From Fidelibacterota bacterium (lineage in GTDB: Bacteria; Fidelibacterota; Marinisomatia; Marinisomatales; Marinisomataceae), in the NCBI GenBank assembly GCA_045560295.1, contig JBJKZL010000004.1, forward strand, positions 68,566-132,565: a DNA stretch of 64,000 nucleotides, written 5' to 3'. A program made the translations under genes and the position numbers. Position 1 is the stretch's first letter, and each line of letters opens with the position of its first letter. A model generated the notes under the pieces. That model was not told the DNA's origin and ran no database searches. It saw only the letters and a list, made by a program, of their open reading frames with translations. Of the stretch, positions 52,388-61,201 are shown in pieces.

Positions 52388-55300
52388 ATGAGAAAACTAC
52401 GTATGTTAATTGCGCTTCTTGTTCTTCCTACTCTTATGTTTGCACAGTCAACTACTGCTAAACTAGCAGGGGTTGTTTCTGACGCTGATGGTAATCCATT
52501 GGTAGGAGCAAATGTAGTTGTAGAAGGATCAAACTTAGGTGCAGCTACCGATCAATTAGGTAGATACTATATTCTTGACGTTCCTGTTGGTGACTATAAC
52601 TTAAGAGCCGAGTATATCGGTTATACTACAGTTATAGAAGCTGGTGTAAGTACTTCTGTTGGTTTTACAACAACAGTTGATTTTGCACTAGATGTTGCCT
52701 CAGTTGCAGGTCAGGAAGTAACAGTAACAAGAGAAAGACCATTAATTAATCCGAATGCTACTAATACAACTCGTGTTGTTGATAAAGAGTTGATTGATGC
52801 ATTTGCTGTGAGAGGGGTTGAAAATATTGTTAACCTTCAAACAGGTGTTGTTAATGGATATTTCCGTGGAAGTAGAAGTGGAGATAGTAGATACTATGTT
52901 GACGGCGTTCCTGTAAAAGATGTTTACGGGGGTGGAAATCTATTAAACGGTAACTCTCAATCAGCACTACAAGAAATTTCAGTTCAAACTGGAGGTTTCT
53001 CTGCAGAATATGGCGGTGCTAATGGAGGGATTGTAAATATTACTACCAAAACTGGTGGTACACAATGGAGATCAAAAGTAGGAGCAGAAATGTCTTTAGG
53101 GGCAGATGCTAGTACTTCTCCTGATAAACTATACACAGATGGTTACCAAAATGTCAACTTTGACTTTGGTGGTCCAATCAGTGATAATGTAAAAGTATAT
53201 TTGTCTGTTGAGGCGAAAGAAAAAGGCGGTGACGTTTCTTATAGTTACTTCCCTAAGTTTGACGCTATGGCAATGTCTGAAGTTCCTGCTGACTTTTACA
53301 GCGACGGTACAGATGGCTTTGTATATGGTACAGATGCAAGTGGTAACAAAATTGCACATATTGAAACTGTTATAAGAGACAATCAAACAGATCCAGCGTT
53401 GTTGGCTTCTGGTGTTGCAGCTTATGACACTACATATGTTGTATATAGTAACTATGAGCGTATGTACGGACAACAACCTCAAGATGACAACAACCGTGTT
53501 ACAGTTAATGGTAACATGACAATGGACTTTGGTCCATTACGTGTCAAGCTTGGTACGCAAGCTTATGATTTTGAAGGACACAGCTATAGCTGGAGTAGAG
53601 TTCTAGGTGGAACAGATGGTTCATATATTAATGAATCAGATTTTGCTATGGGATACATGAACTTCAGATATACTATTAGTCCACTATCTTATGCTAAAGT
53701 TTCGATTTCAAATCAATCTTATGAAACAACAGGTGGTAATGAAAATTACTTACATGATATTGAAGCATATGGTAGAAGAACCAAAGCATTTGGTTCAGCA
53801 AATTATTACAAACGTGACGGAACTGGATTTAACCCACTATCACCAGATGAGTTCATCGGTGCAGCAGGTTTTGGATCACAGTACACAAGTTACGATACAA
53901 GAAAAACTACAACAAACACCGTAAGTTTTGACTACACTAACCAAATTGGTTACAATGAGTTTAAAATTGGTGGTTCGGTAGACAGTCACGAAATTAGTCG
54001 TTACGGTTTATCTGCATCAGGTGTTGCTAGAGCAATTAGCCAAGTAGATGCTAATTATGACGGTGTAGCTACTAATGAAGAAATCATCGCTGCAGGAAGT
54101 GATCCAGCAGACTGGAAATTCATTAACTACAGAGCTCTATATGTAACAAATCTTGGTTACAATATTTATGGTGATGAATGGAATGGAACATATAATCAGG
54201 ACGATCATATGTTATCTCCAGCAGAACCAACACAAACACGTTTCTATGTTCAAGATAAGCTTGAATTTAAAGATGTTGTTGTTCAAGTAGGTCTTTCAAT
54301 GGAATCAATTGACACTGGCGCTATGGCACCAGACTCAGATGGTGACGGATATGGAGACTCAGACGGGTTCAACCACCTATACTTTAATAGACAGCGTGTA
54401 GATAGAAATGGTGATGGTAACGGTAACTTTGTTTGGAAGAAAACAAAGAAAGAAACTGCTACACATCCTAGAATTGGTATCTCATTCCCAGTATCCGATC
54501 GTACAGTATTCCGTGCGAATTACGGAACACACTGGCAATCAGTTCCAATGTCATATCTATACTTATCAGATTCACAGCTATCAGCAGATATCTTAGCTGG
54601 TAATGCTACTGCATCTGAAAACCCTGCGTTAAAGCCAGAGCGTTCAACTCAGTATGAAATTGGTATTGAGCAACGTATCGGTGCTTTCGCTTCATTAAAG
54701 ATTGAAGGGTTTTATAAAGAAAGTAAAGATTACTTGACGCTAGCAAATCGTACAGACGCATTTACAAATACTGGTGGTGCAGATACTCAACAAAACTGGG
54801 CACAGTATTTAAATGGAGACGTTATGGTCTCACAAGGTTTGACAACAAACTTTGAAATGCGTAGAACTAGAGGTTTGTATGCGCAAGCGAATTATACATA
54901 CTCAGAAGCTAGAGGTACTGGATCTTATGGATCACAGAACTTCTATGTTACTTGGATTGGTACAGATGATGGATATCCAAAAGCGATGAATCTATTAGAC
55001 TATGACCAAACTCACACCGCAAACGTAATTCTTGACTGGCGTTCACCGAACGCAACAGGTGCGTTAGCGAACACAGGATTTAATGCTGTGATGAGTTTTG
55101 GTAGTGGTACTCGTTTTACGCCATCTCAAATCTATAGTACAGTTTTTGAGAACAGATGGGAATTCCCAGAGGGTCCGGTAAACTCAGGTACAATGCCTGC
55201 TTATACTAACCTTGATCTACGTGTAGACAGAGCCATTAAATTAGGCGGCGTAACAGCAAATGCATATGTTGCAGTGTTTAACGCTTTAGACGCAGAACAG

Positions 55301-55501
55301 GTTAATGATGTTTATCATGGAACCGGTAACGTAGCTGAAGATGGCTGGGTTGCAACTGAAAGTGGGCAACAATGGCTTGCCAATAGATTAGCAACTAACC
55401 CTGACGTTGACGCAGCGGCACTCTACCAGGATAATTTAGCATTTCCTAATAGATGGAGCGCTCCTCGTACAGTTAGAGTTGGTATGAACATTAGTTTTTA
55501 A
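52388..55501 (+). CDS. TonB-dependent receptor with N-terminal carboxypeptidase-regulatory-like domain
   Basis: ORF 52331..55501. Start trimmed to MRKLRMLIALLVLPTLMFAQ (signal peptide; GGAGG lies 8 nt upstream of the ATG at 52388). CarboxypepD_reg-like GVVSDADGNPLVGANVVVEG...GRYYILDVPVGDYNL, a plug region (VDGVPV...GGFSAEYGGANGGIVNITTK), a long beta-barrel, and the terminal ...VGMNISF aromatic residue. Confidence 0.88.
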   Translation: MRKLRMLIALLVLPTLMFAQSTTAKLAGVVSDADGNPLVGANVVVEGSNLGAATDQLGRYYILDVPVGDYNLRAEYIGYTTVIEAGVSTSVGFTTTVDFALDVASVAGQEVTVTRERPLINPNATNTTRVVDKELIDAFAVRGVENIVNLQTGVVNGYFRGSRSGDSRYYVDGVPVKDVYGGGNLLNGNSQSALQEISVQTGGFSAEYGGANGGIVNITTKTGGTQWRSKVGAEMSLGADASTSPDKLYTDGYQNVNFDFGGPISDNVKVYLSVEAKEKGGDVSYSYFPKFDAMAMSEVPADFYSDGTDGFVYGTDASGNKIAHIETVIRDNQTDPALLASGVAAYDTTYVVYSNYERMYGQQPQDDNNRVTVNGNMTMDFGPLRVKLGTQAYDFEGHSYSWSRVLGGTDGSYINESDFAMGYMNFRYTISPLSYAKVSISNQSYETTGGNENYLHDIEAYGRRTKAFGSANYYKRDGTGFNPLSPDEFIGAAGFGSQYTSYDTRKTTTNTVSFDYTNQIGYNEFKIGGSVDSHEISRYGLSASGVARAISQVDANYDGVATNEEIIAAGSDPADWKFINYRALYVTNLGYNIYGDEWNGTYNQDDHMLSPAEPTQTRFYVQDKLEFKDVVVQVGLSMESIDTGAMAPDSDGDGYGDSDGFNHLYFNRQRVDRNGDGNGNFVWKKTKKETATHPRIGISFPVSDRTVFRANYGTHWQSVPMSYLYLSDSQLSADILAGNATASENPALKPERSTQYEIGIEQRIGAFASLKIEGFYKESKDYLTLANRTDAFTNTGGADTQQNWAQYLNGDVMVSQGLTTNFEMRRTRGLYAQANYTYSEARGTGSYGSQNFYVTWIGTDDGYPKAMNLLDYDQTHTANVILDWRSPNATGALANTGFNAVMSFGSGTRFTPSQIYSTVFENRWEFPEGPVNSGTMPAYTNLDLRVDRAIKLGGVTANAYVAVFNALDAEQVNDVYHGTGNVAEDGWVATESGQQWLANRLATNPDVDAAALYQDNLAFPNRWSAPRTVRVGMNISF

Positions 55502-55527
55502 TTAAATAAGAAGGTAAAGAGGTAAAT

Positions 55528-58500
55528 ATGAAAATCTTAAAGAATATTACCGTTTTCACATTGGTGATGTTACTGTCAGTTACAACTGGCCTTGAGGCGA
55601 GAGACAAAAATGTCTCTAACTTTAGTAGCTCATCTAATTATGTGGATTCTGTCGGTACGTTCGATGGGAATAAAATCTATGCAGACGTTGCTAACAACGG
55701 TCTCTTTCTGGATTACCATGTTTCTGGTGATTCAGCTCTAGAGTGGCCTAAAGGCACGGGTGCACACTCTATCTTCCAATCCGCATTATGGATGGGAGCT
55801 ACAGTGAATGGATCTATTCGAACTATCGTTGGAGATTATACACAAGACATGGGTCCAGGTCCATGGGGTGGTGACCCGCTAGCTGCGGTGCACAGAATCT
55901 ATAAAGTAGAGAAATCTATGTTAGCTTCTCCCCTTGACTTCGCTGACTTCCAAGAATGGCCAGTTGATTTTGGTGCACCTTGGGTTGACGTAGATGGTGA
56001 CGGAGTTTATACTCCACTACCAGGCGGAACTGATCATCCAGAATTCCTAGGAGACCAAGTACTTTGGTTTGTTAGTAATGATGGTGACCCAGCTTATAAA
56101 TTGAATTTCGGAACATCGCCACTAAACGTTGAGATTCAAACAACTATGTTTGGTTTTGATAGACCTGACGTATTTGGTGACATGGTGTTCTTAAAACAAT
56201 TAATCATTAATAAAGGTTCAGATGACTTAGTCGATACATACATGGGACTATGGTCAGATCCTGACTTAGGATATGCTGGTGACGACTTTGTAGGTTGTGA
56301 CGTTGACTTAGGTCTGGGTTATGTTTGGAATGACGGCGCTGACAGTGTCTATGATAACCTAAGTGTTGGAACTCCAGCAGCTGGATATGACTTCTTCCAA
56401 GGTCCAATGGTAGATTGTGACGCAACAGAAGACTGTTCAGTAGGTGCTAAAATGTTTGGTACTCGTCATCCAGGTAAAAAGAACCTTCAGATGTCATCAT
56501 TTGCATTTTATATTAATGGAGATGCGACATATACTGACCCTGCTGATGAAACAGAGGGTTACTTTTATTTACAAGGTTTAAGAAAAGATGGAAGTGCGTA
56601 TCCAAATGAAATAGCTGGTGATCTATATGATCAACGTTTCTGTTTCTATGGAGATGCTTCTGCAGCACATAGTACTGCTAACCCTGTTGATGGAAACTAT
56701 GCAGCTTCAGCTGATAGACGTTTCTTAATGAGTGTTGGTCCATTTACTATGGCAGCAGGCGATTCACAAGAAGTAGTATTTGGTATTTTCCATGCTGCTG
56801 GTGGTGACGCGTTATCATCTGTATCTTACCTAAAAGAGATAGATGCCTTAGCTCAAACAGCTTATGACATTGATTTTGCTCTGCCAGATTCACCGCCATC
56901 ACCAAACGTGACAGCGAGTTCTTTAGCAGATCAAATTACATTAGTTTGGGACGACGCTCCTGAAAGCTATAATGTAGTCAGTGAAGTTGACTTAGATGCT
57001 AATGGTAATCCTACAAACTTTGTATTCGAAGGATACAATGTATATCAGCATGAAACAGCATCCGGAGCTGGAGCAAAGAAAAGACTAGCTACGTATGATG
57101 TTATAAATGGAACTACTGAAATTTATGACACTGTATTTAACGCTGAATTAGGTGAGAACATTAATATTAGAACACAGTTTGGTTCAGACAGTGGGTTAGC
57201 ACATTTTGAAGCTATCACAACAGATGGATTGAACGGTAATTCAAAACTGATTACAAATCGTTCTTATTATTATTCTGTAACCGCATATGGTTACAACGCG
57301 GACGGTATTCCAAAAACATTGGAAAGTAGTCCGAGATATTTAACTGTAAGACCAGAAGTACCTAACACCATGACTCCAGGCGAAAATACTGCCTCAGCTG
57401 GTGATTTAATTGCAACCGTGCACACTGGACCTTCTCAAGGTTCTGTTGATGTAGTTGTAGTAGATGCTTCTCAAATGACAGGCGATAGTTACACAGTAAC
57501 AATGGATGATGCAATGCCAGACGGCACTGTAGCTGTGAACTGGACGCTTACAAACGATATGACTGGTGAAGTTCTTATTGCTAACAACGCTGTTGTTGGT
57601 GGTGTGAATACTGCAACAGGCGTTGAAGTTGGTCCAGGCGGAACACCAGTAGTTGAAGGTATTCAATTGCTAGTAAACGGTCCTCAAGAAGATCTACTAT
57701 CAGTAGAAGAGTGGACAGCGCCTTGGAAAGATGTAAACGAACTTAGAGACCCTGCGGTTTCTTATGTTCCTTTCGCTAGTTTAGGTCGTACAGGATACAT
57801 TTTAGAAAATAGAGCAGGTGTAGCGTACTCCCCACCATATAATCGTGACTTTGACCGATTTAATTATTGGGAATCAGATGACGTAGAGCTTGACTTTAGT
57901 ACAGAGTCACTAGGTTGGGATTACATATACGAGTGGACAACTGGTATGCTTCCATTCTCAGCATTCAGACATAATTTTGCTACTGGAGCAAAAGAGCAAA
58001 TGTATGCTGGTCACTGGGATCGTAACTTTAGTTTAGACTTTGAAATAGATGCTAGTTATTGGGTAGGGCCAGTTTATGGCGCTGATGGCTGGGAACCAAT
58101 CTACTGTTTTGTAGGAATGGTTGCTACTCCATATGATCCAACTAAAGTAGCACAATACATTGCTGAAGACGATCTGACAACGTCAGGTGGTTGTGGTTGG
58201 GCATCAGGCGGTTCATGCGATAACGTTACTACAAGTGGCGCAGGAATTGGATATCCATACATGACAGCAACAATGTTTACTGATTACTTAGGTTCAGGAG
58301 TTTTACCAACTGCAGACGGACTAGCCCAATGGGGTAGTACTTGGGTTGGTGCAAGTTCTGTAGTATTCAATATGAGTAAACCAAATTCATCAGCAGATAC
58401 GTTTACGTTTACTACTGAAGGATTAGGTATGGCGGATAAAGCATACGATCCAGATACTATCTCAGTATGGCCAAACCCATATTATGGATATAACCCAGAA

Positions 58501-58770
58501 GAGCGTGATGCGCTTGATCGTAGAGTGATGTTTAGTCACTTACCTGAAGAAGGTCCTGCGACAATTCGTATCTTTGCACTTGATGGTACCTTAGTAAGAA
58601 CAATTCACCACAATGATACAGCATCACAACATGCAACATGGGACATGAAGAATAACTTCGAATTACCAGTTGCTAGTGGAATGTATGTGGCACACGTAGA
58701 GACTAACCACGGAGATAAAATCCTGAAGTTAGCTGTAATTCAACCAGAACAACGTCTTGACGTTTATTAA
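55528..58770 (+). CDS. large secreted protein of unknown function with FN3-like middle domain and T9SS-type C-terminal sorting domain
   Basis: ORF 1080 aa. Signal peptide MKILKNITVFTLVMLLSVTTGLEA; DVDGDGVYTP (DxDxDG); FN3-like ITLVWDD...GYNVYQ...YYYSVTAYGYN (~56890-57300). The C-terminus ISVWPNPYYGYN...ATIRIFALDGTLVRTI...GMYVAHVETNHGDKILKLAVIQ (~58460-58767) resembles the Por/T9SS CTD. No catalytic motif recognised. Confidence 0.75.
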   Translation: MKILKNITVFTLVMLLSVTTGLEARDKNVSNFSSSSNYVDSVGTFDGNKIYADVANNGLFLDYHVSGDSALEWPKGTGAHSIFQSALWMGATVNGSIRTIVGDYTQDMGPGPWGGDPLAAVHRIYKVEKSMLASPLDFADFQEWPVDFGAPWVDVDGDGVYTPLPGGTDHPEFLGDQVLWFVSNDGDPAYKLNFGTSPLNVEIQTTMFGFDRPDVFGDMVFLKQLIINKGSDDLVDTYMGLWSDPDLGYAGDDFVGCDVDLGLGYVWNDGADSVYDNLSVGTPAAGYDFFQGPMVDCDATEDCSVGAKMFGTRHPGKKNLQMSSFAFYINGDATYTDPADETEGYFYLQGLRKDGSAYPNEIAGDLYDQRFCFYGDASAAHSTANPVDGNYAASADRRFLMSVGPFTMAAGDSQEVVFGIFHAAGGDALSSVSYLKEIDALAQTAYDIDFALPDSPPSPNVTASSLADQITLVWDDAPESYNVVSEVDLDANGNPTNFVFEGYNVYQHETASGAGAKKRLATYDVINGTTEIYDTVFNAELGENINIRTQFGSDSGLAHFEAITTDGLNGNSKLITNRSYYYSVTAYGYNADGIPKTLESSPRYLTVRPEVPNTMTPGENTASAGDLIATVHTGPSQGSVDVVVVDASQMTGDSYTVTMDDAMPDGTVAVNWTLTNDMTGEVLIANNAVVGGVNTATGVEVGPGGTPVVEGIQLLVNGPQEDLLSVEEWTAPWKDVNELRDPAVSYVPFASLGRTGYILENRAGVAYSPPYNRDFDRFNYWESDDVELDFSTESLGWDYIYEWTTGMLPFSAFRHNFATGAKEQMYAGHWDRNFSLDFEIDASYWVGPVYGADGWEPIYCFVGMVATPYDPTKVAQYIAEDDLTTSGGCGWASGGSCDNVTTSGAGIGYPYMTATMFTDYLGSGVLPTADGLAQWGSTWVGASSVVFNMSKPNSSADTFTFTTEGLGMADKAYDPDTISVWPNPYYGYNPEERDALDRRVMFSHLPEEGPATIRIFALDGTLVRTIHHNDTASQHATWDMKNNFELPVASGMYVAHVETNHGDKILKLAVIQPEQRLDVY

Positions 58771-58783
58771 GGAAAAGGAGAAT

Positions 58784-59839
58784 ATGAAAATGAAAAATAC
58801 ATTTAAAATCTTCCTTGGATGCGCAGTGTTGGTTTCAGCACTAACTGCTGGTACGGTAAGATCACAAGGTACCGCTGGTGCCTCACAGCTTCTTATCCCA
58901 GTAGGTACTGAAACAGTAGCTCTTAGCGGAACGAACGTTGGTACCGTAGCTGGAGTAGATGCATTATTTACTAATGTAGCTGGTTTAGCAAGACACAACT
59001 CTGGTTTACAAGGAACAGTTTCAACCACATCTTATATTGCAGACATCAATGTGATGTATGCAGGTATGATTATGGCAATGGGCGAAACAGGAACATTTGG
59101 TTTGACATTAAAGTCACTAGACTTTGGTGATATTCCAAAAACTACTGCATTTGCTCCTGAGGGAGATGGTCAAACATTCTCTCCTAGTTTTTTCACAGCA
59201 ACAGCAGGGTTTGCGAGAGCATTCTCTGACCGTGTTAACGTTGGTGTTTCAACAAAGATGATTTCTGAGACAATTGAAGAAACATCTGCAACAGGGTTTG
59301 CATTTGACGTAGGTGTCCAATACAAATTCCCTGACCAACCACTAACAATTGGTGTTGCAATGAAAAATGTTGGTAGTAGAATGCATTACGATGGTATTAA
59401 TCTTGATCAGAACCTCACACCAGAGGGAGCAGAATCAGGTTCATCATCTGAAACATTTAGAATTGTTGCAGACAACTTTGCTCTGCCAACAAGCCTAGAT
59501 CTTTCTGCAACCTACTCGTTGCTTAACAATTTAGATGTGAGCACAACTTTCACTAATCACTCATACCAAACAAATACTATAGCATTTGGTGCTAAGTATA
59601 TGTTAGGTAGTGCTTGGGTGGGTGCAGCTACTACAATGACTGTAGGAGATGACTCACAACCTAATGACGTTTCTGACGCAGATTGGGAAGAGTGGAGCGG
59701 AACCAATTGGGGAGCTTCAATGGGTGCAGGTGTAACAGTGCCAGTAGGTGACTATACGATGCATGTTTCATATGCTATGAGAACAGCGAACGAATACTTC
59801 GATGATCACAGCACAATGCAAGTTACCTTTGACTTCTAA
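58784..59839 (+). CDS. PorV/PorQ-family outer-membrane beta-barrel protein
   Basis: ORF 58757..59839. Start trimmed to MKMKNTFKIFLGCAVLVSA (AAGGAG lies 5 nt upstream of the ATG at 58784). The N-terminus GTAGASQLLIPVGTETVALSGTNVGTVAGVDALFTNVAGLA matches the PorV-family pattern (G-x-aGa-x-fL-x-i-x-x-g-x-r...NPAGLA). Alternating beta-strand pattern; ends in ...VTFDF. Confidence 0.7.
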   Translation: MKMKNTFKIFLGCAVLVSALTAGTVRSQGTAGASQLLIPVGTETVALSGTNVGTVAGVDALFTNVAGLARHNSGLQGTVSTTSYIADINVMYAGMIMAMGETGTFGLTLKSLDFGDIPKTTAFAPEGDGQTFSPSFFTATAGFARAFSDRVNVGVSTKMISETIEETSATGFAFDVGVQYKFPDQPLTIGVAMKNVGSRMHYDGINLDQNLTPEGAESGSSSETFRIVADNFALPTSLDLSATYSLLNNLDVSTTFTNHSYQTNTIAFGAKYMLGSAWVGAATTMTVGDDSQPNDVSDADWEEWSGTNWGASMGAGVTVPVGDYTMHVSYAMRTANEYFDDHSTMQVTFDF

Positions 59840-59864
59840 ACTGTTTAGTTAAGGATTCAAATTG

Positions 59865-59890
59865 AAAGGGGCTCTTTATAGAGCCCCTTT
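59865..59890 (+). terminator. rho-independent terminator after the PorV-like gene
   Basis: AAAGGGGCTC-tttata-GAGCCCCTTT, a 10-bp stem followed by TTATTTAT. It sits between convergent genes and is the only strong GC-stem terminator I found in the window. Confidence 0.85.
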
Positions 59891-59919
59891 TTATTTATAA
59901 GATATATTATGAAAGCAAA

Positions 59920-60651
59920 CTATTGATCAAATAATAATTCAATGTTGCTTTGTAGATATTGAGATGGAATATTTTGACCTAAGAAATATCTACCAGAGGT
60001 GTCATCAAAATGCATTTCCCAATGTAAGTGAGCCCCTTTTTCATTTCTTAATGCTCCATCTGATGTGCCAGTATTGCCAGAAAAACCAATTAGCATACCC
60101 TTCTCTACTCTAGTTCCAGGTACAATATCTTCTGGAATATTAGATAGGTGTGCATATACGCTGATAGTTCTAAATTTGGAAGTAATTGAATATCCATGAT
60201 CAATAACAACTGACTTTCCAAGTAATATAAAATGATAAATATCGTCAGGAGTCTTGCCTAACCCTTCAGAGGTAGCCAAAAGGGCGTTATATGTATCAAT
60301 ATCAACGTCACTATGATAAGGGTTACTTCTTATAACAATACCATCATAAACTGCTGTAACAGGGCCATTTAATGGCACAGAAAAATCAACACCCTCATGT
60401 GTGCCAGATCGATATTCCCTGCTCGCATTTGGGAGCAAATTTAATATTGATGGCACTACATAATCTTTTGAGGGTAATTGAATTGTGGTGAGTAGTTCAG
60501 AATGATGTAGATTTATTGTTTCATCAACGTAAAATAAAAAATTTTCTTTTGATAAAGGTTGCTCACGTTCTATATCGAGAGATGCAGTTGGTGCAGCACA
60601 CGCCGATAAAAGGAAAATAATGCCCAGATAACTTTTAATATTCATTTTCAT
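59920..60651 (-). CDS. M23-family metallopeptidase lipoprotein
   Basis: ORF 243 aa. Lipobox LLSAC; HEGVDF and GNTGTSDG...HLHWEMH zinc-ligand motifs. Confidence 0.85.
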   Translation of the reverse strand: MKMNIKSYLGIIFLLSACAAPTASLDIEREQPLSKENFLFYVDETINLHHSELLTTIQLPSKDYVVPSILNLLPNASREYRSGTHEGVDFSVPLNGPVTAVYDGIVIRSNPYHSDVDIDTYNALLATSEGLGKTPDDIYHFILLGKSVVIDHGYSITSKFRTISVYAHLSNIPEDIVPGTRVEKGMLIGFSGNTGTSDGALRNEKGAHLHWEMHFDDTSGRYFLGQNIPSQYLQSNIELLFDQ

Positions 60652-61199
60652 TTAATACTATATACAATTCCATTATACATTAGACTCAATTTAATCAAAC
60701 TGCTACTTTCTTCATCTATCCATATTTTTATTATTGAGCTTTCAATAATAGCTAAATTAAGAGAATTTATAGTATCTGATACCTTTTTTTCTTCACTTTT
60801 AATATCAAGCCGATACAGTAAGGCAATTTTTTCATTATCATTAATACTTAATGTATCCTTTTCAGCATATAAAAATCTAATTTTGACTTTCTGACCATCT
60901 AAAAGATCAATTGACTCTTCCCACTTTGCATCAACAATATCAATTTTAGATTTTAGCAATAATTTATTAAAAAGATTGTTTTCACTGTCCAAAGTTTGCT
61001 CTTCATATTCTAAGTCTTCTTCTAGTAAAAACTTCCCAAAATTTAGTGCCTTAATAGAAAGAGATTCATTATCAATCGATAACCTCATTCCCTTTATAGA
61101 ATCGTATAAATAAATATCATAATCTTTATCTTGAGAAATAGCAACTGAACTAAAAGCTAAAAATAAAATAAGACCATTTATTGTTTTTGAGTATTTCAA
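60648..61199 (-). CDS. hypothetical secreted protein (probable TTG start)
   Basis: Track ORF 60648..61364, but its first 55 codons lie inside mgtE. The TTG at 61199, 2 nt after the mgtE stop, begins (M)KYSKTINGLILFLAFSSVAISQD, a plausible signal peptide. ATGA overlap with the M23 start. No recognisable domain. Confidence 0.5.
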   Translation of the reverse strand: MKYSKTINGLILFLAFSSVAISQDKDYDIYLYDSIKGMRLSIDNESLSIKALNFGKFLLEEDLEYEEQTLDSENNLFNKLLLKSKIDIVDAKWEESIDLLDGQKVKIRFLYAEKDTLSINDNEKIALLYRLDIKSEEKKVSDTINSLNLAIIESSIIKIWIDEESSSLIKLSLMYNGIVYSIK

Positions 61200-61201
61200 T
61201 G

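Noticed and set aside
52331-59839. Treating the TBDT cassette as a horizontally acquired island because of its higher GC. My spot counts of 60-nt lines were ~42-48% here versus ~27-37% in several housekeeping genes.
   Set aside because: ppdK also reaches ~43% in a spot count. There are no flanking repeats, tRNA or integrase. The G/A/T/D-rich composition of exported beta-barrel proteins and high-expression codon bias explain the shift equally well. Proper codon and k-mer statistics would be needed.
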